64,000 bases of DNA from Ignavibacteriota bacterium (GTDB lineage: Bacteria > Bacteroidota > Ignavibacteria > UBA10030 > UBA6906), in assembly GCA_963801355.1 (NCBI GenBank), contig CAWDEM010000004.1, positions 832,001-896,000 of the forward strand, written 5' to 3'. This document shows positions 20,666-31,046 of this stretch, one piece after another. Made by a program: the position numbers and the translations under genes. How positions within the stretch are numbered: position 1 is the stretch's first letter; each line of letters begins with the position of its first letter. The notes beneath the pieces were generated by a model that saw only the letters and a list, made by a program, of their open reading frames with translations, was not told the DNA's origin and ran no database searches.

Positions 20666-23470
20666 TCATTTGACAACCGCCATTCTCTTCACCGCGACGA
20701 ATGTTCCCGCCGTCATCCTGTACAAATATACCCCGCTGGCCTGGTTGCGCGCGTCGAACATCACCGGGTAGTACCCTGCTTCCTTCCATTCATCCACCAG
20801 CGTCGCCACCTCCCGGCCGAGCAGGTCGTATACGACCAGGCGCACACCACCGCCCACCGGCACCTGATACCTGATTTCCGTTGCCGGATTGAACGGATTC
20901 GGATAATTCTGCTCCAGCCCGAATTCCTTCGGGACGTCACATGTTGTGCTCTGACCTGCGCTCGTTACCGTGAGCGGAAGGCTGAACTCTGAGGTGTTTC
21001 CATCTTTATCTCTTGCGGTGGCTGTGAGATGGGAGAACGGCGGAGCACTGACGAGACTTACCGTCCAATTGCCCCCTGCGTCTGCTTTTGTTGCACCAAG
21101 GAATACCGCACCTTGCGTCCCATCGTCTGCAAAGAGCTCCACGCTGTCGAGCGCTGCAGTTTTGCCCGAAACAAGAAGGCCGGTTTTCGAGAGAATGGAC
21201 GGCACCGCATACTCGGCATTGCCGCCGTTTGTATTGTCGATTCCCAGACCCTTGTTGGACCAGATGCGATTACGCGTGATGCTATTGTGTAATGAAGGCG
21301 ATCCATCCACCAGAATTCCCACTGTGCCACTGAAGGCAACGTTGTTTGCACGGATCGTGTTCTGTTCGCTGTTGAGTATGGAGATCCCGGTGAAGGCTTG
21401 ACCGAGGTCGGTAGTTCCCAGGGTATCGCATCCAATCCAGTTGCCCTCGACGCGGTTTCTCCTTGCCTGTCCGTATATCATTATTCCGTCCCGGTTTCCG
21501 CCTACGAGGTTGCCAAGGATCGTGTTGTCAGGGGAGGCCATTACGCTAATAGCGGTGAAGTTGTTCCCGAGTTTGACGCTTCCGGTGCGGTCGAGCCCTA
21601 TGATATTCCCTCGCACGGCATTGTTGCTCGAGGAGTCCCGTATGAAGATGCCATTGTAGTTTCCGGAAATGAGATTTCCGGGATACAATGGGCCGTCTGC
21701 GCCGATGACGACATGCCGCGTCTGGTCGTGGAGAGTCACGCCATTGGTGTTTGCTGCCGCCGTGCTTCCGGTGGGGTCTGTGCCGATATAGCACCCTGCC
21801 ACGTGGCCGCCGTCTGCAGAGACATACACGATGCCATCTCGTTCGAAGCGGTTGATTGCCATGCCGAGCACATCCACACCGGATGCAGCGATGGAAATGC
21901 CCATGTACGGGCCAGCCAGGCTTCCATCGAGCTCGATTTCCGGTCCGAGTGGGTTGGCATCATAGCCGAGACTCGTGGACTGCGAGAAGCCGTCGATCAC
22001 GAGAGGACCGTCGCTGACATACTGCAGCGGAGACCGTGGCGTGATCGTCCAGGTGCCGGTCAGGGAATTATAGCCGGGGTCAATTGGAGGGATTGCAAAC
22101 CGTATGGTGTCTGGACCCTTGTGTGTGTTTATGCATGTTATGGCGAGGCGGAGAGAACCGTTGCCGCTGTCGGCCGTCGTTCGTACGACATACACACCCG
22201 TGAGTGAGAATGGCGCCGAGAACATCGAAGTGTTGTTGATGGAAGTGCCGGCCATGGTATCGACCGCGACGGCAGTCACATAAGGGCCCTGCACGGAACC
22301 GCTCCACGAAAAGTTGCCGTACCAGTCCGAGTATGTTGTGGCAAAATATTCCTCCCCTTCGTCTTCCGGATCTCGATAAAGCAAGACCATGGCGTTCGGC
22401 TCAGCCATTCCCGCCACGTGAACGGCGTCTGCTTCGGTAACAGTTGGTGCGGGCATATTGGCATTGCCATTGTCTTCAAGAAGAATCCCGGGCCGGTCGT
22501 TGTGTGTGATCGAGCCTGCTCCAAGAAAGTTTCGCCCTGTCGCCGATCCGCTCACCCGGATGCCTGCACCCTTGTTGTTGCGGATCACGACGTGATGCGG
22601 GAAATCGAAACCAGTGACTGCGTTGTCGGATGCCCCGTCGAAGAAGAAGATGCCGTCGCTGTCATTTCCGAGATCGCGTGTGTGCGTCGTGTCCGTCCCG
22701 ATGCAGTTTACTGATACCAGGTTGAACTGCGTTGAGGATCCTGCAAACGTGACCCCGGCCATACCATTTCCACCAATGATATTCCCCAGTGTGGTATCGG
22801 GCCACCCGATGGCGTTCCACGATGACTCGTACACCCAGACACCCGATTCTCCATTGCCGGCTTTGCTTTTCGCATCCGGGCTGACGCCGAGGTAGCAGTT
22901 GACGATGAGATTCGCACTGATGCCTGGACCGAGGATCTTGATGGCGTTCCCACCAAATCGATTGATTGCGAGCCCGCGCACCTGGTTCCAGGATGATTTC
23001 AGCACGATGCCATCGGGGTACACTCCTGCAAGACTGCCGTCGATCTGGATTTCCGGGCCGGCTGGGTTAGAGTCTCCCGAAGCCCATTTCTGGCTTAGTC
23101 CATCCACCAGCGTGCCGTCGTTAGAGATAGAAGGGAAGGGCGTGAGCGGTTTTATCGTCCAAATGCCTATTGCCGGGTTGTACCCCGGATCAGTGGTGGG
23201 TATAGCGAACGCAATCGAGTCAGGGCCCGGGTTGAGGTTCGCATCGACGATAGCCTGCCGGAGTGAGCCGGGGCCGGCGTCGGTCGTGTTCGTAACCATC
23301 ACTGCCGGTCCGAACGAAAGTGCCGATATGAGGCGAGGTGAAGGGACCGCCGTCCCGGAGCGGGTAGGGTTGACGACCGCGCTGCCGCCGTGTCCAGCTG
23401 CCGAGATGAGCCCGGCGGAAAGCGTCAGAAGGATGGCGACCGCTGAGAAACCTCCACTGTGTCTATTCAC
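20666..23470 (-). CDS. Secreted right-handed parallel beta-helix repeat protein (two tandem modules) with T9SS CTD
   Basis: Two D.G.GSLR.AI...N...GPD.I.FAIP modules; N.IG.D..G repeats; CTD LEQNYPNPFNP; GTG start after GGAGG. Confidence 0.85.
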   Translation of the reverse strand: MNRHSGGFSAVAILLTLSAGLISAAGHGGSAVVNPTRSGTAVPSPRLISALSFGPAVMVTNTTDAGPGSLRQAIVDANLNPGPDSIAFAIPTTDPGYNPAIGIWTIKPLTPFPSISNDGTLVDGLSQKWASGDSNPAGPEIQIDGSLAGVYPDGIVLKSSWNQVRGLAINRFGGNAIKILGPGISANLIVNCYLGVSPDAKSKAGNGESGVWVYESSWNAIGWPDTTLGNIIGGNGMAGVTFAGSSTQFNLVSVNCIGTDTTHTRDLGNDSDGIFFFDGASDNAVTGFDFPHHVVIRNNKGAGIRVSGSATGRNFLGAGSITHNDRPGILLEDNGNANMPAPTVTEADAVHVAGMAEPNAMVLLYRDPEDEGEEYFATTYSDWYGNFSWSGSVQGPYVTAVAVDTMAGTSINNTSMFSAPFSLTGVYVVRTTADSGNGSLRLAITCINTHKGPDTIRFAIPPIDPGYNSLTGTWTITPRSPLQYVSDGPLVIDGFSQSTSLGYDANPLGPEIELDGSLAGPYMGISIAASGVDVLGMAINRFERDGIVYVSADGGHVAGCYIGTDPTGSTAAANTNGVTLHDQTRHVVIGADGPLYPGNLISGNYNGIFIRDSSSNNAVRGNIIGLDRTGSVKLGNNFTAISVMASPDNTILGNLVGGNRDGIMIYGQARRNRVEGNWIGCDTLGTTDLGQAFTGISILNSEQNTIRANNVAFSGTVGILVDGSPSLHNSITRNRIWSNKGLGIDNTNGGNAEYAVPSILSKTGLLVSGKTAALDSVELFADDGTQGAVFLGATKADAGGNWTVSLVSAPPFSHLTATARDKDGNTSEFSLPLTVTSAGQSTTCDVPKEFGLEQNYPNPFNPATEIRYQVPVGGGVRLVVYDLLGREVATLVDEWKEAGYYPVMFDARNQASGVYLYRMTAGTFVAVKRMAVVK

Positions 23471-23636
23471 TGTTTCCCCCTCCTGGAAGAATGAACGAAC
23501 CCCGGACTGTAGTGAGTGTGGCAGCTTCAGTAGCCGCAAGAACGGGGAGAATTAGTGAAGATGCAAGAGGGGTATGCGACGCACAAGACTTTCAGTTAGT
23601 ATCGGCTGACACTATCTACTATAGGGCCAATTGTCC

Positions 23637-26528
23637 CTATCTCATGAGGACCAGTCTTTTTGTCTCCATGAAGGTGTTTGCCGTCAGCCGGTACAAATAG
23701 ATACCGCTTGCATATTGGTGTCCATTGAATGCCGCGACATATCTCCCGGGTTCGCATTCCCCTTCAAACAGCGTTGTCACTTCCTGTCCGAGAACATCGA
23801 ACACCTTCAACGACACGAAACCAGACCTGGCGATGTGATACTCGATTGTTGTGGACGGATTGAATGGATTAGGGTAGTTCTGTGCCAGCGCATATGTGCT
23901 CGGCACGGGAGAGCTGTTCTTCGCATCGACTGACGTGCTGACCGTATTCTTCCTCCCCGGTGAGCCGTGTCCGAGAGAGGCCTTCCAGTTAGATCCCAGG
24001 GCGTTGTCACGTGCCGGGTTCACTAATTCCAGAGATGCGCCTAACCCATCGGCTTCTGTAGGCCATGGTAGTTGGTCATCGTACTCGAGGGAATCAACCG
24101 TATGGAGCGCGTCATCCATGAGCTTCATGGATTCACCCGAGCCGCTGAGACCGAACCCCATCCCTCCGAAAAAGTTCGTCACTGCGGGAAAACAGGACGT
24201 AAACAACACGCTGTCTTCCGAGAGTACCAGATACTGGTCCGGACCCAGAATGGTCCCGGCTGGAAACGTAAACACATGAGTCGGGTCGCTGTCAGTGAAC
24301 CTCCAGCCGCTGATGTCGATGTCCTCCTGGCTCCCGTTGTAGAGTTCTACCCAATCACCGGAATCGAATTGAGGGGATGAGTTGTAATTGATCTCGTTGA
24401 TCACAACGCTGATGGTGCTGCTGCCGTCGGGGGAAAACGCCGCCGTCAATCCTGTTGTATTGACGACGTTCAGCGTCAGCGAGTCATCCTGCGATGTCAC
24501 CGCTCCGCTCCACCCGTCAAACTTGTACCCCGGATCGGGAATCGCCTTGACATGAATGGCATTCCCCTGGAAATACACTCCTGTGAATGGCAGGGCCGTA
24601 CCCTGTAGCGTGAGTGTGTTCAGCCGTACAGTTCCCCCCTCCGTCGCATTGATCGTGAGTGTTCCGTCACTGCCGCAGCCAAAGTAGTTGCGGACGTGTG
24701 TGCGCAGGTATGCCGGCCGGTCCTGGGCAAATGTGGTGAGTTTCGTGAGATTCTCACCTGTGAGATTCCAGCGCGCTCTGTGTCGTACGAGTTCAGTGGC
24801 GATATGATTTGCGATGGTGTTGATGACAGTGACGACTCGTGAACTCCTGAAGTTCGTATTCAACAGATCGGCGATCTGATTGATGAATCGGTTCCGGATA
24901 ACGGGGTTCTCCACCAGCTTGCGCTGCAGCAGCGTCGCCCAGGGCGGATTGGAATAGCGGGTTGGTGTGGTAGCGAACATGAATGCAATATGGTCTTCCC
25001 ACGCGCCATGAGCATACAGCCCGAATCCGAAATCCAAATCGAACAAAATCCACCGCCATTTGCCGGATGGAGTGCGCGGCCTCCAGTATTTGAGGTTGGT
25101 TCCGGGCCAGTCCATGTTGTCATAGTAGGCCTGCGCGGCAAAATACAGAATACACTCATCCAGGTCTATCACGGAATCAAGGTAGGCGTACGCGGCCGGC
25201 GTCGACATGTCGTGTGTACTGATAAAGTCGAGCAGTCGCCGGAAGTGCAGGGAGTCGCCGTAAATGACCGACATGTTGTTCTCAATCATGTCGATATTGT
25301 CGGGATCCGCTCCGTAACGATGTTCGACGTAGTGCTCGCTCACTTTCTCGCGGATATTGTAGATTCCCCAGTACTGGCCATTGATGAATGACGTGGCAGG
25401 ACGATACTCCAGGTAGTCAATATCGAGGTCCTTGACGAGCATTTGCATCATCGCATCGCGCATATGCGTATACTGCCAGTCATTGCCGGAGTTCCGCAGG
25501 ACGAAAGAATCGAAGGTGGTCACCCGGAAATCGGGGAAGAGAGGGTATTCGAGCGTCGAACGGCCATACGCCTGTTTGAACTTCACCGCAAGAGACTTCT
25601 GCGCCCACTCTGCACTCTGGGCACCGTGTATGTTGATGCCGCAGTCTTCAGAAAATCCCGGGCTTTTGTCGTCCTCAAAGAACTCAATATGAGCAGGGCG
25701 CTCCCAATCCTTTGTATAGTTTACATAGATGCCCGAATCGGGATCAAAAAGATCAAACGGAGATGCGGAAAGAGAGATCACTGGCAGCGTTGATGCCACA
25801 TTGATGAAATAGGTGTGAGTGATGGGGCGGGTGGGCAGGTACGCGTCTTTGGTGCTCATTGCTTTGAGCACGGTGGTTGCCGCAATTGTAATAGGCCCTG
25901 TGTATGCGGTCTTCGTGGAATCGGGCCTGCTTCCATCAAGAGTGTAGAAGATCTTGCTGTCGCCCGCTGAGAGCGACACTGTGATTGGTGAAGAGTAGAA
26001 ACCGCCGCGGTGTGAGGGCGCAATCGAGTCCGCCCACCCCGCGATCGTTGAGCCCGTGTTCTTCAATCCCGGCGTTGGTATCTGAAAGCCCCAGGCAGCT
26101 CCCGCGTCCGTTATCCTCGCATACGATATGTCGGTCGCACATGCCGGAACTGCGATTCTGTCGAGGATCACCCCATTGCTGCCGGTAAGCACAAGCGTTT
26201 CACCGGACGCACTGATCTTGAAATTCGTGTGGAGTTGTGCGCCGTGACGGTTTTTGTCCGATGCGAAGACGATGAGATATCCGCCGGCCGGCATCACTGT
26301 GTCGCCGAAACGCCACTTCAGGCTGTCCAGAGGATCGTCGCTGAGGCCGTACCCCGTGAGAGTGGCGGGATCACTTCCCGGATTGTACAGCTCAATCCAA
26401 TCGGACGCATCTCCATTCTCATCAAAGAATGAGGTTTGATTCGAAGACATGACTTCGTTGATAATAATGTGCTGGCCGAGAACCGCCGGCGGTAACATTA
26501 TGAGAAGAAAAAGCACCGCTGTTTTCAC
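23637..26528 (-). CDS. CotH-kinase family protein with lamin-tail domains and T9SS CTD
   Basis: IINEVMSSN/DWIELYN and VINEINYN/DWVELYN (LTD); YTLDGS.P; LRNSGND, NGQYWGIY.IREK, DWPG.N.KYWR, WRWILFDLD. Confidence 0.88.
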   Translation of the reverse strand: MKTAVLFLLIMLPPAVLGQHIIINEVMSSNQTSFFDENGDASDWIELYNPGSDPATLTGYGLSDDPLDSLKWRFGDTVMPAGGYLIVFASDKNRHGAQLHTNFKISASGETLVLTGSNGVILDRIAVPACATDISYARITDAGAAWGFQIPTPGLKNTGSTIAGWADSIAPSHRGGFYSSPITVSLSAGDSKIFYTLDGSRPDSTKTAYTGPITIAATTVLKAMSTKDAYLPTRPITHTYFINVASTLPVISLSASPFDLFDPDSGIYVNYTKDWERPAHIEFFEDDKSPGFSEDCGINIHGAQSAEWAQKSLAVKFKQAYGRSTLEYPLFPDFRVTTFDSFVLRNSGNDWQYTHMRDAMMQMLVKDLDIDYLEYRPATSFINGQYWGIYNIREKVSEHYVEHRYGADPDNIDMIENNMSVIYGDSLHFRRLLDFISTHDMSTPAAYAYLDSVIDLDECILYFAAQAYYDNMDWPGTNLKYWRPRTPSGKWRWILFDLDFGFGLYAHGAWEDHIAFMFATTPTRYSNPPWATLLQRKLVENPVIRNRFINQIADLLNTNFRSSRVVTVINTIANHIATELVRHRARWNLTGENLTKLTTFAQDRPAYLRTHVRNYFGCGSDGTLTINATEGGTVRLNTLTLQGTALPFTGVYFQGNAIHVKAIPDPGYKFDGWSGAVTSQDDSLTLNVVNTTGLTAAFSPDGSSTISVVINEINYNSSPQFDSGDWVELYNGSQEDIDISGWRFTDSDPTHVFTFPAGTILGPDQYLVLSEDSVLFTSCFPAVTNFFGGMGFGLSGSGESMKLMDDALHTVDSLEYDDQLPWPTEADGLGASLELVNPARDNALGSNWKASLGHGSPGRKNTVSTSVDAKNSSPVPSTYALAQNYPNPFNPSTTIEYHIARSGFVSLKVFDVLGQEVTTLFEGECEPGRYVAAFNGHQYASGIYLYRLTANTFMETKRLVLMR

Positions 26529-26945
26529 GATCAGTTGCCTGTTGTGAAGTACGACATATGTAAAACGTCCGCTTGGTGGAGGCGCGCAACTACTAAAGCA
26601 CACCCATTGTGATGCCATGGGGTCGCCCTCAGTTCCTCAATCAAGATAGCGTGCTGTTCTACGGGAAGCAAGACGCGAGCATCTAAGGCCCTCCGCCCCT
26701 CAGCGTGTCTGTTGCCTCGTTGAGAAGTCCGGTCCGATGCTGATACGGTTGCTGCCTCATTAAAAAAAGTGAGTCCAAGTGGCTGGGAGACCGTCTCGGT
26801 TGGTGAATTGGCATCGGCAGCCCCATAGACAACAGAGAAATGGGTATATTACAGTACCCCTGTTTCATAGAGTGCACGATCAACTGCCACGCACTGTCGG
26901 CGGATCCTGCGCTCACCTCTGTCACACGCGAGAGCAAGGAAAATC

Positions 26946-28355
26946 ATGAGCGGATTTTTCGGCAGTGTCTCAAGAACAAGTTGTGTCCACGATGTCTTTT
27001 ACGGAACCGATTACCACTCTCATCTCGGGACCAGGCGGGCTGGGATGGTTGTGTACTCCCCCGAAAATGGTTTTCAGCGATCAATCCATAGTCTTGAGGC
27101 AGAGTATTTCAGAACCAAGTTTGAACCTACCCTGAGCGAGTTCTCCGGCAATCTGGGGATGGGTGTCATCAGCGACTCAGAAGCCCAGCCGATTGTCCTT
27201 ACTGCCCACATGGGCCGTTTTGCAGTCGCCACGGTGAGCCGGATCGTCAACATCGCTGAGCTCGAGAAGCGGTGCCTTGAGCAACGGCGGACGTTTTCGG
27301 AACTCAGTCACGGATCCATAAATTCCACAGAACTCGTTGCCATGTTGATCGCGGAGGGGGAAACAATCGCGTCGGGGATCGAAAATGTCTACAGGCTGGT
27401 GAAGGGATCATGCTCCATGCTGATCCTCACGGAAGAGTGCCTCATAGCGGCGCGTGACAGACTCGGAAGGACACCGATCGTTATCGGCAAGAAACCGGGA
27501 GCGTACGCTGCCGCCTTCGAAACCTGTGCGTTCCCCAATACGGGATTTGAGACTGAGAAGTTCCTCGGACCGGGAGAGATTGTCCGGATCACCGCCGACG
27601 GACTCGAGCAGTTGCGAAAGCCGAATGAAGAGATGCAGGTCTGCGCATTCCTCTGGGTGTACTTCGGCTATCCCCCGTCCTTCTATGAGGGGATCAATGT
27701 CGATGAGTGCCGCTTCCGTTGCGGCGCAGCGCTCGCGCAAAACGATACTACCGAGGCGGACTTCGTCGCTGGAGTGCCGGATTCCGGCATCGGGCACGCG
27801 TATGGATACAGCAGCGCTCGGGGTATCCCCCTGAAGCGGCCGTATGCGAAATACACACCCACCTGGCCCCGCAGCTTCATGCCCCAGAGCCAGCAGATGC
27901 GGGAACTTGTGGCGAGAATGAAACTCATCCCGAATGAATCCGTGATCAGGGGGAAGAAGGGGATCCTTCTGGACGACTCGATCGTCCGCGGCACGCAACT
28001 GAAGGACAACACCAGCGCCCTCCATGAGGCGGGAATGAAAGAAGTGCACATGCGGATCGCGTGTCCGCCTCTTACCTATCCGTGCGAGTTTCTGAACTTC
28101 AGCCGCTCCCGATCGAACATGGAGCTTGCCACGCACATCGCGATCAAGGAACTTGAGGGGAAAGTAGAGAAAGAGCTGCTGAAGGAGTATTCCGAGCCCG
28201 GCAACGGCGAGTATCAGACGATGGTGGATCAAATCAGAAAGCGGCTGGGCCTGACGACGTTACGCTATCAGAAGCTCTGCGATTTGGTTGATGCCATCGG
28301 CCTGCCTAAGGAGAAACTCTGCACCCATTGCTGGGACGGATCAAGTCATTTTTAG
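26946..28355 (+). CDS. purF: Amidophosphoribosyltransferase, variant lacking the N-terminal Cys nucleophile
   Basis: GVPDSG, PRPP-binding LLDDSIVRGTQL, EVHMRIACPP, LCTHCWDG; N-terminus MSGFFG instead of (M)CG.FG. Confidence 0.88.
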   Translation: MSGFFGSVSRTSCVHDVFYGTDYHSHLGTRRAGMVVYSPENGFQRSIHSLEAEYFRTKFEPTLSEFSGNLGMGVISDSEAQPIVLTAHMGRFAVATVSRIVNIAELEKRCLEQRRTFSELSHGSINSTELVAMLIAEGETIASGIENVYRLVKGSCSMLILTEECLIAARDRLGRTPIVIGKKPGAYAAAFETCAFPNTGFETEKFLGPGEIVRITADGLEQLRKPNEEMQVCAFLWVYFGYPPSFYEGINVDECRFRCGAALAQNDTTEADFVAGVPDSGIGHAYGYSSARGIPLKRPYAKYTPTWPRSFMPQSQQMRELVARMKLIPNESVIRGKKGILLDDSIVRGTQLKDNTSALHEAGMKEVHMRIACPPLTYPCEFLNFSRSRSNMELATHIAIKELEGKVEKELLKEYSEPGNGEYQTMVDQIRKRLGLTTLRYQKLCDLVDAIGLPKEKLCTHCWDGSSHF

Positions 28356-28379
28356 GGAGGGTGAAGCTCTGATCCGGCC

Positions 28380-28739
28380 TTGGGCGAATTGACCGGGACA
28401 GGCGTCGCCATTCCGACCAACCAAATCCCGCAGACCTACACTCTCGAACAGAACTATCCGAACCCCTTCAACCCGAGTACGGCCATCCGCTATGGTCTGC
28501 CCAATCGTTCGCACGTGAGTTTAGCGGTATTCAACACGCTGGGTCAGCAGATAGCACTTCTTCAGAGCGGGGAACAGGAAGCGGGGTTTCACGAGGTTAA
28601 GTTTGACGCATCAGGACTCTCGAGCGGTGTGTACTTCTATCGCATACAGATGCGCCCTCTAGAGTCCACCGTCGGGCCTGAATCCGAGAGCGGAGTGGGG
28701 GAGTTCGTGCAGACGCGCAAGCTCGTGCTCGTCCGCTGA
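28380..28739 (+). pseudogene. Orphan T9SS CTD with no signal peptide or passenger, carrying a diverged palindromic insert
   Basis: LEQNYPNPFNPST...YRIQ-MRPLESTVGPESESG-VGEFVQTRKLVLVR; begins 25 bp after the purF stop. Confidence 0.7.
28650..28694 (+). repeat. 45-bp in-frame palindromic CTD insert, diverged copy
   Basis: ATGCGCCCTCTAGAGTCCACCGTCGGGCCTGAATCCGAGAGCGGA aligns without gaps to the other three copies. Confidence 0.8.
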
Positions 28740-28781
28740 CGGTTGCTGCCGAAATTAGAGACAAGAAGCTTACTGGAGAAA

Positions 28782-28808
28782 AAAATGCCCCGATGTCTGG
28801 GGCATTTT
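28782..28808. terminator. Bidirectional intrinsic terminator
   Basis: AAAATGCCCC-7nt-GGGGCATTTT. Confidence 0.75.
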
Positions 28809-28911
28809 GAGTTACATTTGGGTTATGGTTAATGTAACTTACGGCAGTCACATGTCATGACCCTGGCGGAACGATTCGTACCATCCAAACCCTGTTCTTG
28901 CGGAGTCACCG

Positions 28912-30489
28912 ATGAAAACAACAGTGTTCTCGCGCTTTATCCTGCTTGTGCTCGCGGCAGTCGCGGTCCCGGAAATTCTCGCACAGCCATCCCTCCCCCC
29001 TGATCTGGACGCTTACGTAGAGCGTGTCCGGAAACAGTTTGACGTCCCCGGGATCAGCCTGACGATCGTCAAAGATAGGAAGGTGCTCCTCGCCCGGGGG
29101 TACGGTCTCAAGAAGATGGGGACGCCGGGTGCGGTAGATGCCGGGACCGTCTTTGCGATTGCCTCAAACACGAAGGCATTTACGGCTACAGCGCTGGCCC
29201 TCCTTGTCGAAGAGGGTAAGCTCGAATGGGATGTGCCGGTCATCCGCTACCTCCCCTGGTTCCGGCTCTCCGATCCGTATGTCACCGCCGAGCTGACTGT
29301 TCGCGACCTCCTGGTGCACCGGAGCGGACTGGGTCTTGGTGCCGGAGATTTGCTCATCTGGCCCGGTAGCGATTTGGATCAGCGCGCCATCGTACAGCGG
29401 CTGGCGAAGGTCCCGCTCTCGACTAGCTTCCGCAGCGCGTACGCTTACGACAACGTTCTCTATCTTGCAGCCGGCGAACTCATTGAAGCGGTTTCCGGAC
29501 GGAACTGGCACGATTTCGTCAAGACGCGTATCCTCGACAAACTCGATATGCAGGAGACCGGAGTCAGACATTCGGACATCGAGCGGCTCCCCAATGCCGC
29601 CTCGGCCCACGCTCGCGTGGATGGAGTAGTCAGACCAGTCAATCCGTTCGTGAGTGAGAATTCAGACGCTGCGGGAGGAATTGTCACCAACGCCCGTGAT
29701 ATTGCGAAGTGGCTCTTTGTGCAGCTGGATTCCGGCCGGACCATAACCGGGACGCGACTCTTCAAGCCTTCCACTACGCGAGAGCTCTGGTCGGTCGTAA
29801 CACCCCTGGCCGTCGGCCCTCCGCCTCCGGAACTGGCGGCACTCCGGTCCAATTTCGCCGGCTACGGGCTCGGTTTCGGACTCCGGGAGTACCGCGGGTA
29901 TAAGCTTGTCAGCCACACGGGAGGCCTGTCGGGGTTCGTCTCCCGCATCGCGATGATTCCCGAGCTCAGACTGGGCGTCGCTGTCTTCACGAATCAGGAG
30001 TCTGAGGATGCGTTCATGGCGCTTACGTGCCGGATCCTGGATCATTACACCGGAGCCGGCGATACTGACTGGATCAGCGGGTTCGCGCGGGTCAGAGCGC
30101 GTGCCGACTCACTCCGCGCCGCCCGTGAACGCCAGACCAAACTTGTGCGCGACAGCCTCTCCCGCCCGTCTCTGCCTCTGGACAAATACGCGGCCGCATA
30201 CGAGGACGCATGGTACGGGACGGTATCGATTGCGAAGGAGGACAAAGGGCTGGTGATGCGGTTTTCACATTCTCCCGGGATGGTCGGCGATCTCGAACAC
30301 TGGCAGTACGACACCTTCATCGTCCGATGGCGGGATCGTGAGTTGAGAGCTGACGCCTTTGTAACATTCGCCCTGAGCGCCGAGGGGGCGATCGACCGTG
30401 CGACCATGAAAGCGGTCTCACCCGCGACTGATTTCAGCTTCGATTTTCAGGATCTCCTGTTGAAACCCGTTCCGGTGGGGAAGAAGTAA
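28912..30489 (+). CDS. Serine hydrolase (beta-lactamase/AmpC-like family) with C-terminal DUF3471-like domain
   Basis: Signal peptide; F.IASNTK (SxxK), LLVHRSGL, YAYDN, HTGG; Y....YG.+.I, LEHWQYDTF. Confidence 0.88.
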   Translation: MKTTVFSRFILLVLAAVAVPEILAQPSLPPDLDAYVERVRKQFDVPGISLTIVKDRKVLLARGYGLKKMGTPGAVDAGTVFAIASNTKAFTATALALLVEEGKLEWDVPVIRYLPWFRLSDPYVTAELTVRDLLVHRSGLGLGAGDLLIWPGSDLDQRAIVQRLAKVPLSTSFRSAYAYDNVLYLAAGELIEAVSGRNWHDFVKTRILDKLDMQETGVRHSDIERLPNAASAHARVDGVVRPVNPFVSENSDAAGGIVTNARDIAKWLFVQLDSGRTITGTRLFKPSTTRELWSVVTPLAVGPPPPELAALRSNFAGYGLGFGLREYRGYKLVSHTGGLSGFVSRIAMIPELRLGVAVFTNQESEDAFMALTCRILDHYTGAGDTDWISGFARVRARADSLRAARERQTKLVRDSLSRPSLPLDKYAAAYEDAWYGTVSIAKEDKGLVMRFSHSPGMVGDLEHWQYDTFIVRWRDRELRADAFVTFALSAEGAIDRATMKAVSPATDFSFDFQDLLLKPVPVGKK

Positions 30490-30707
30490 CGCAAGGCCAA
30501 ACGCTCGAGCCCAGCATCGAGCTGCACCCTGTGCCCTAGATCCCCTCTCTGTTCACAATTGGTCACCTGAGAAGCTGGATAAGGAGCACCGATTCGCTCA
30601 TACAGTCTGGTGTCCGCTGCCCCACAAGAGTTTTGGTCGTGACAGTTCGCGCTCGAGAACTGGTGATTGCCGCCCTAGCAGCAAAATGAGTCAACCCGTA
30701 GTTACAA

Positions 30708-30796
30708 TTACCGCTATAAGAAGATTATGCTTGACATAGTACTGCCAAAGCAGTATTATGATATGACAGTGACCAATTAATACCGCCATAACGGTA
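30708..30796 (+). promoter_or_regulatory. Promoter and putative autorepression operators of the hip operon
   Basis: TTGACA(30731)-17-TATTAT(30754); palindromes TACTG-N6-CAGTA (30740-30755) and TACCG-N6-CGGTA (30781-30796); half site TACCGCTATAA near 30709. Confidence 0.7.
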
Positions 30797-30800
30797 AACA

Positions 30801-31046
30801 ATGAACTCGATCAAAGAGATAGGCAAGGTTACACGATACCATAGAAGGAAGGCAGGTTTGAGTCAACAAGAGCTTGCCAAGCTTGCCGGAATCGGCAAGA
30901 CGGCTGTCTTCGACCTTGAGAAAGGGAAGGAATCGATCCAACTCGACACGTTGTGGAAGGTCCTCCAGGTCCTGAATATTACAGTCAAGCTTGAAAGTCC
31001 ACTCATGGAAAAATATGCCAAGGAGACCCTCGGTGAGACAGGCTAG
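30801..31046 (+). CDS. HipB-like XRE-family HTH regulator/antitoxin
   Basis: RRKAGLSQQELAKLAGIGKTAVFDLEKGK. Confidence 0.88.
   Translation: MNSIKEIGKVTRYHRRKAGLSQQELAKLAGIGKTAVFDLEKGKESIQLDTLWKVLQVLNITVKLESPLMEKYAKETLGETG

Noticed and set aside
26620-26945. Purine/ZTP/PRPP riboswitch upstream of purF
   Set aside because: No recognisable consensus by eye; an Rfam scan would be needed.
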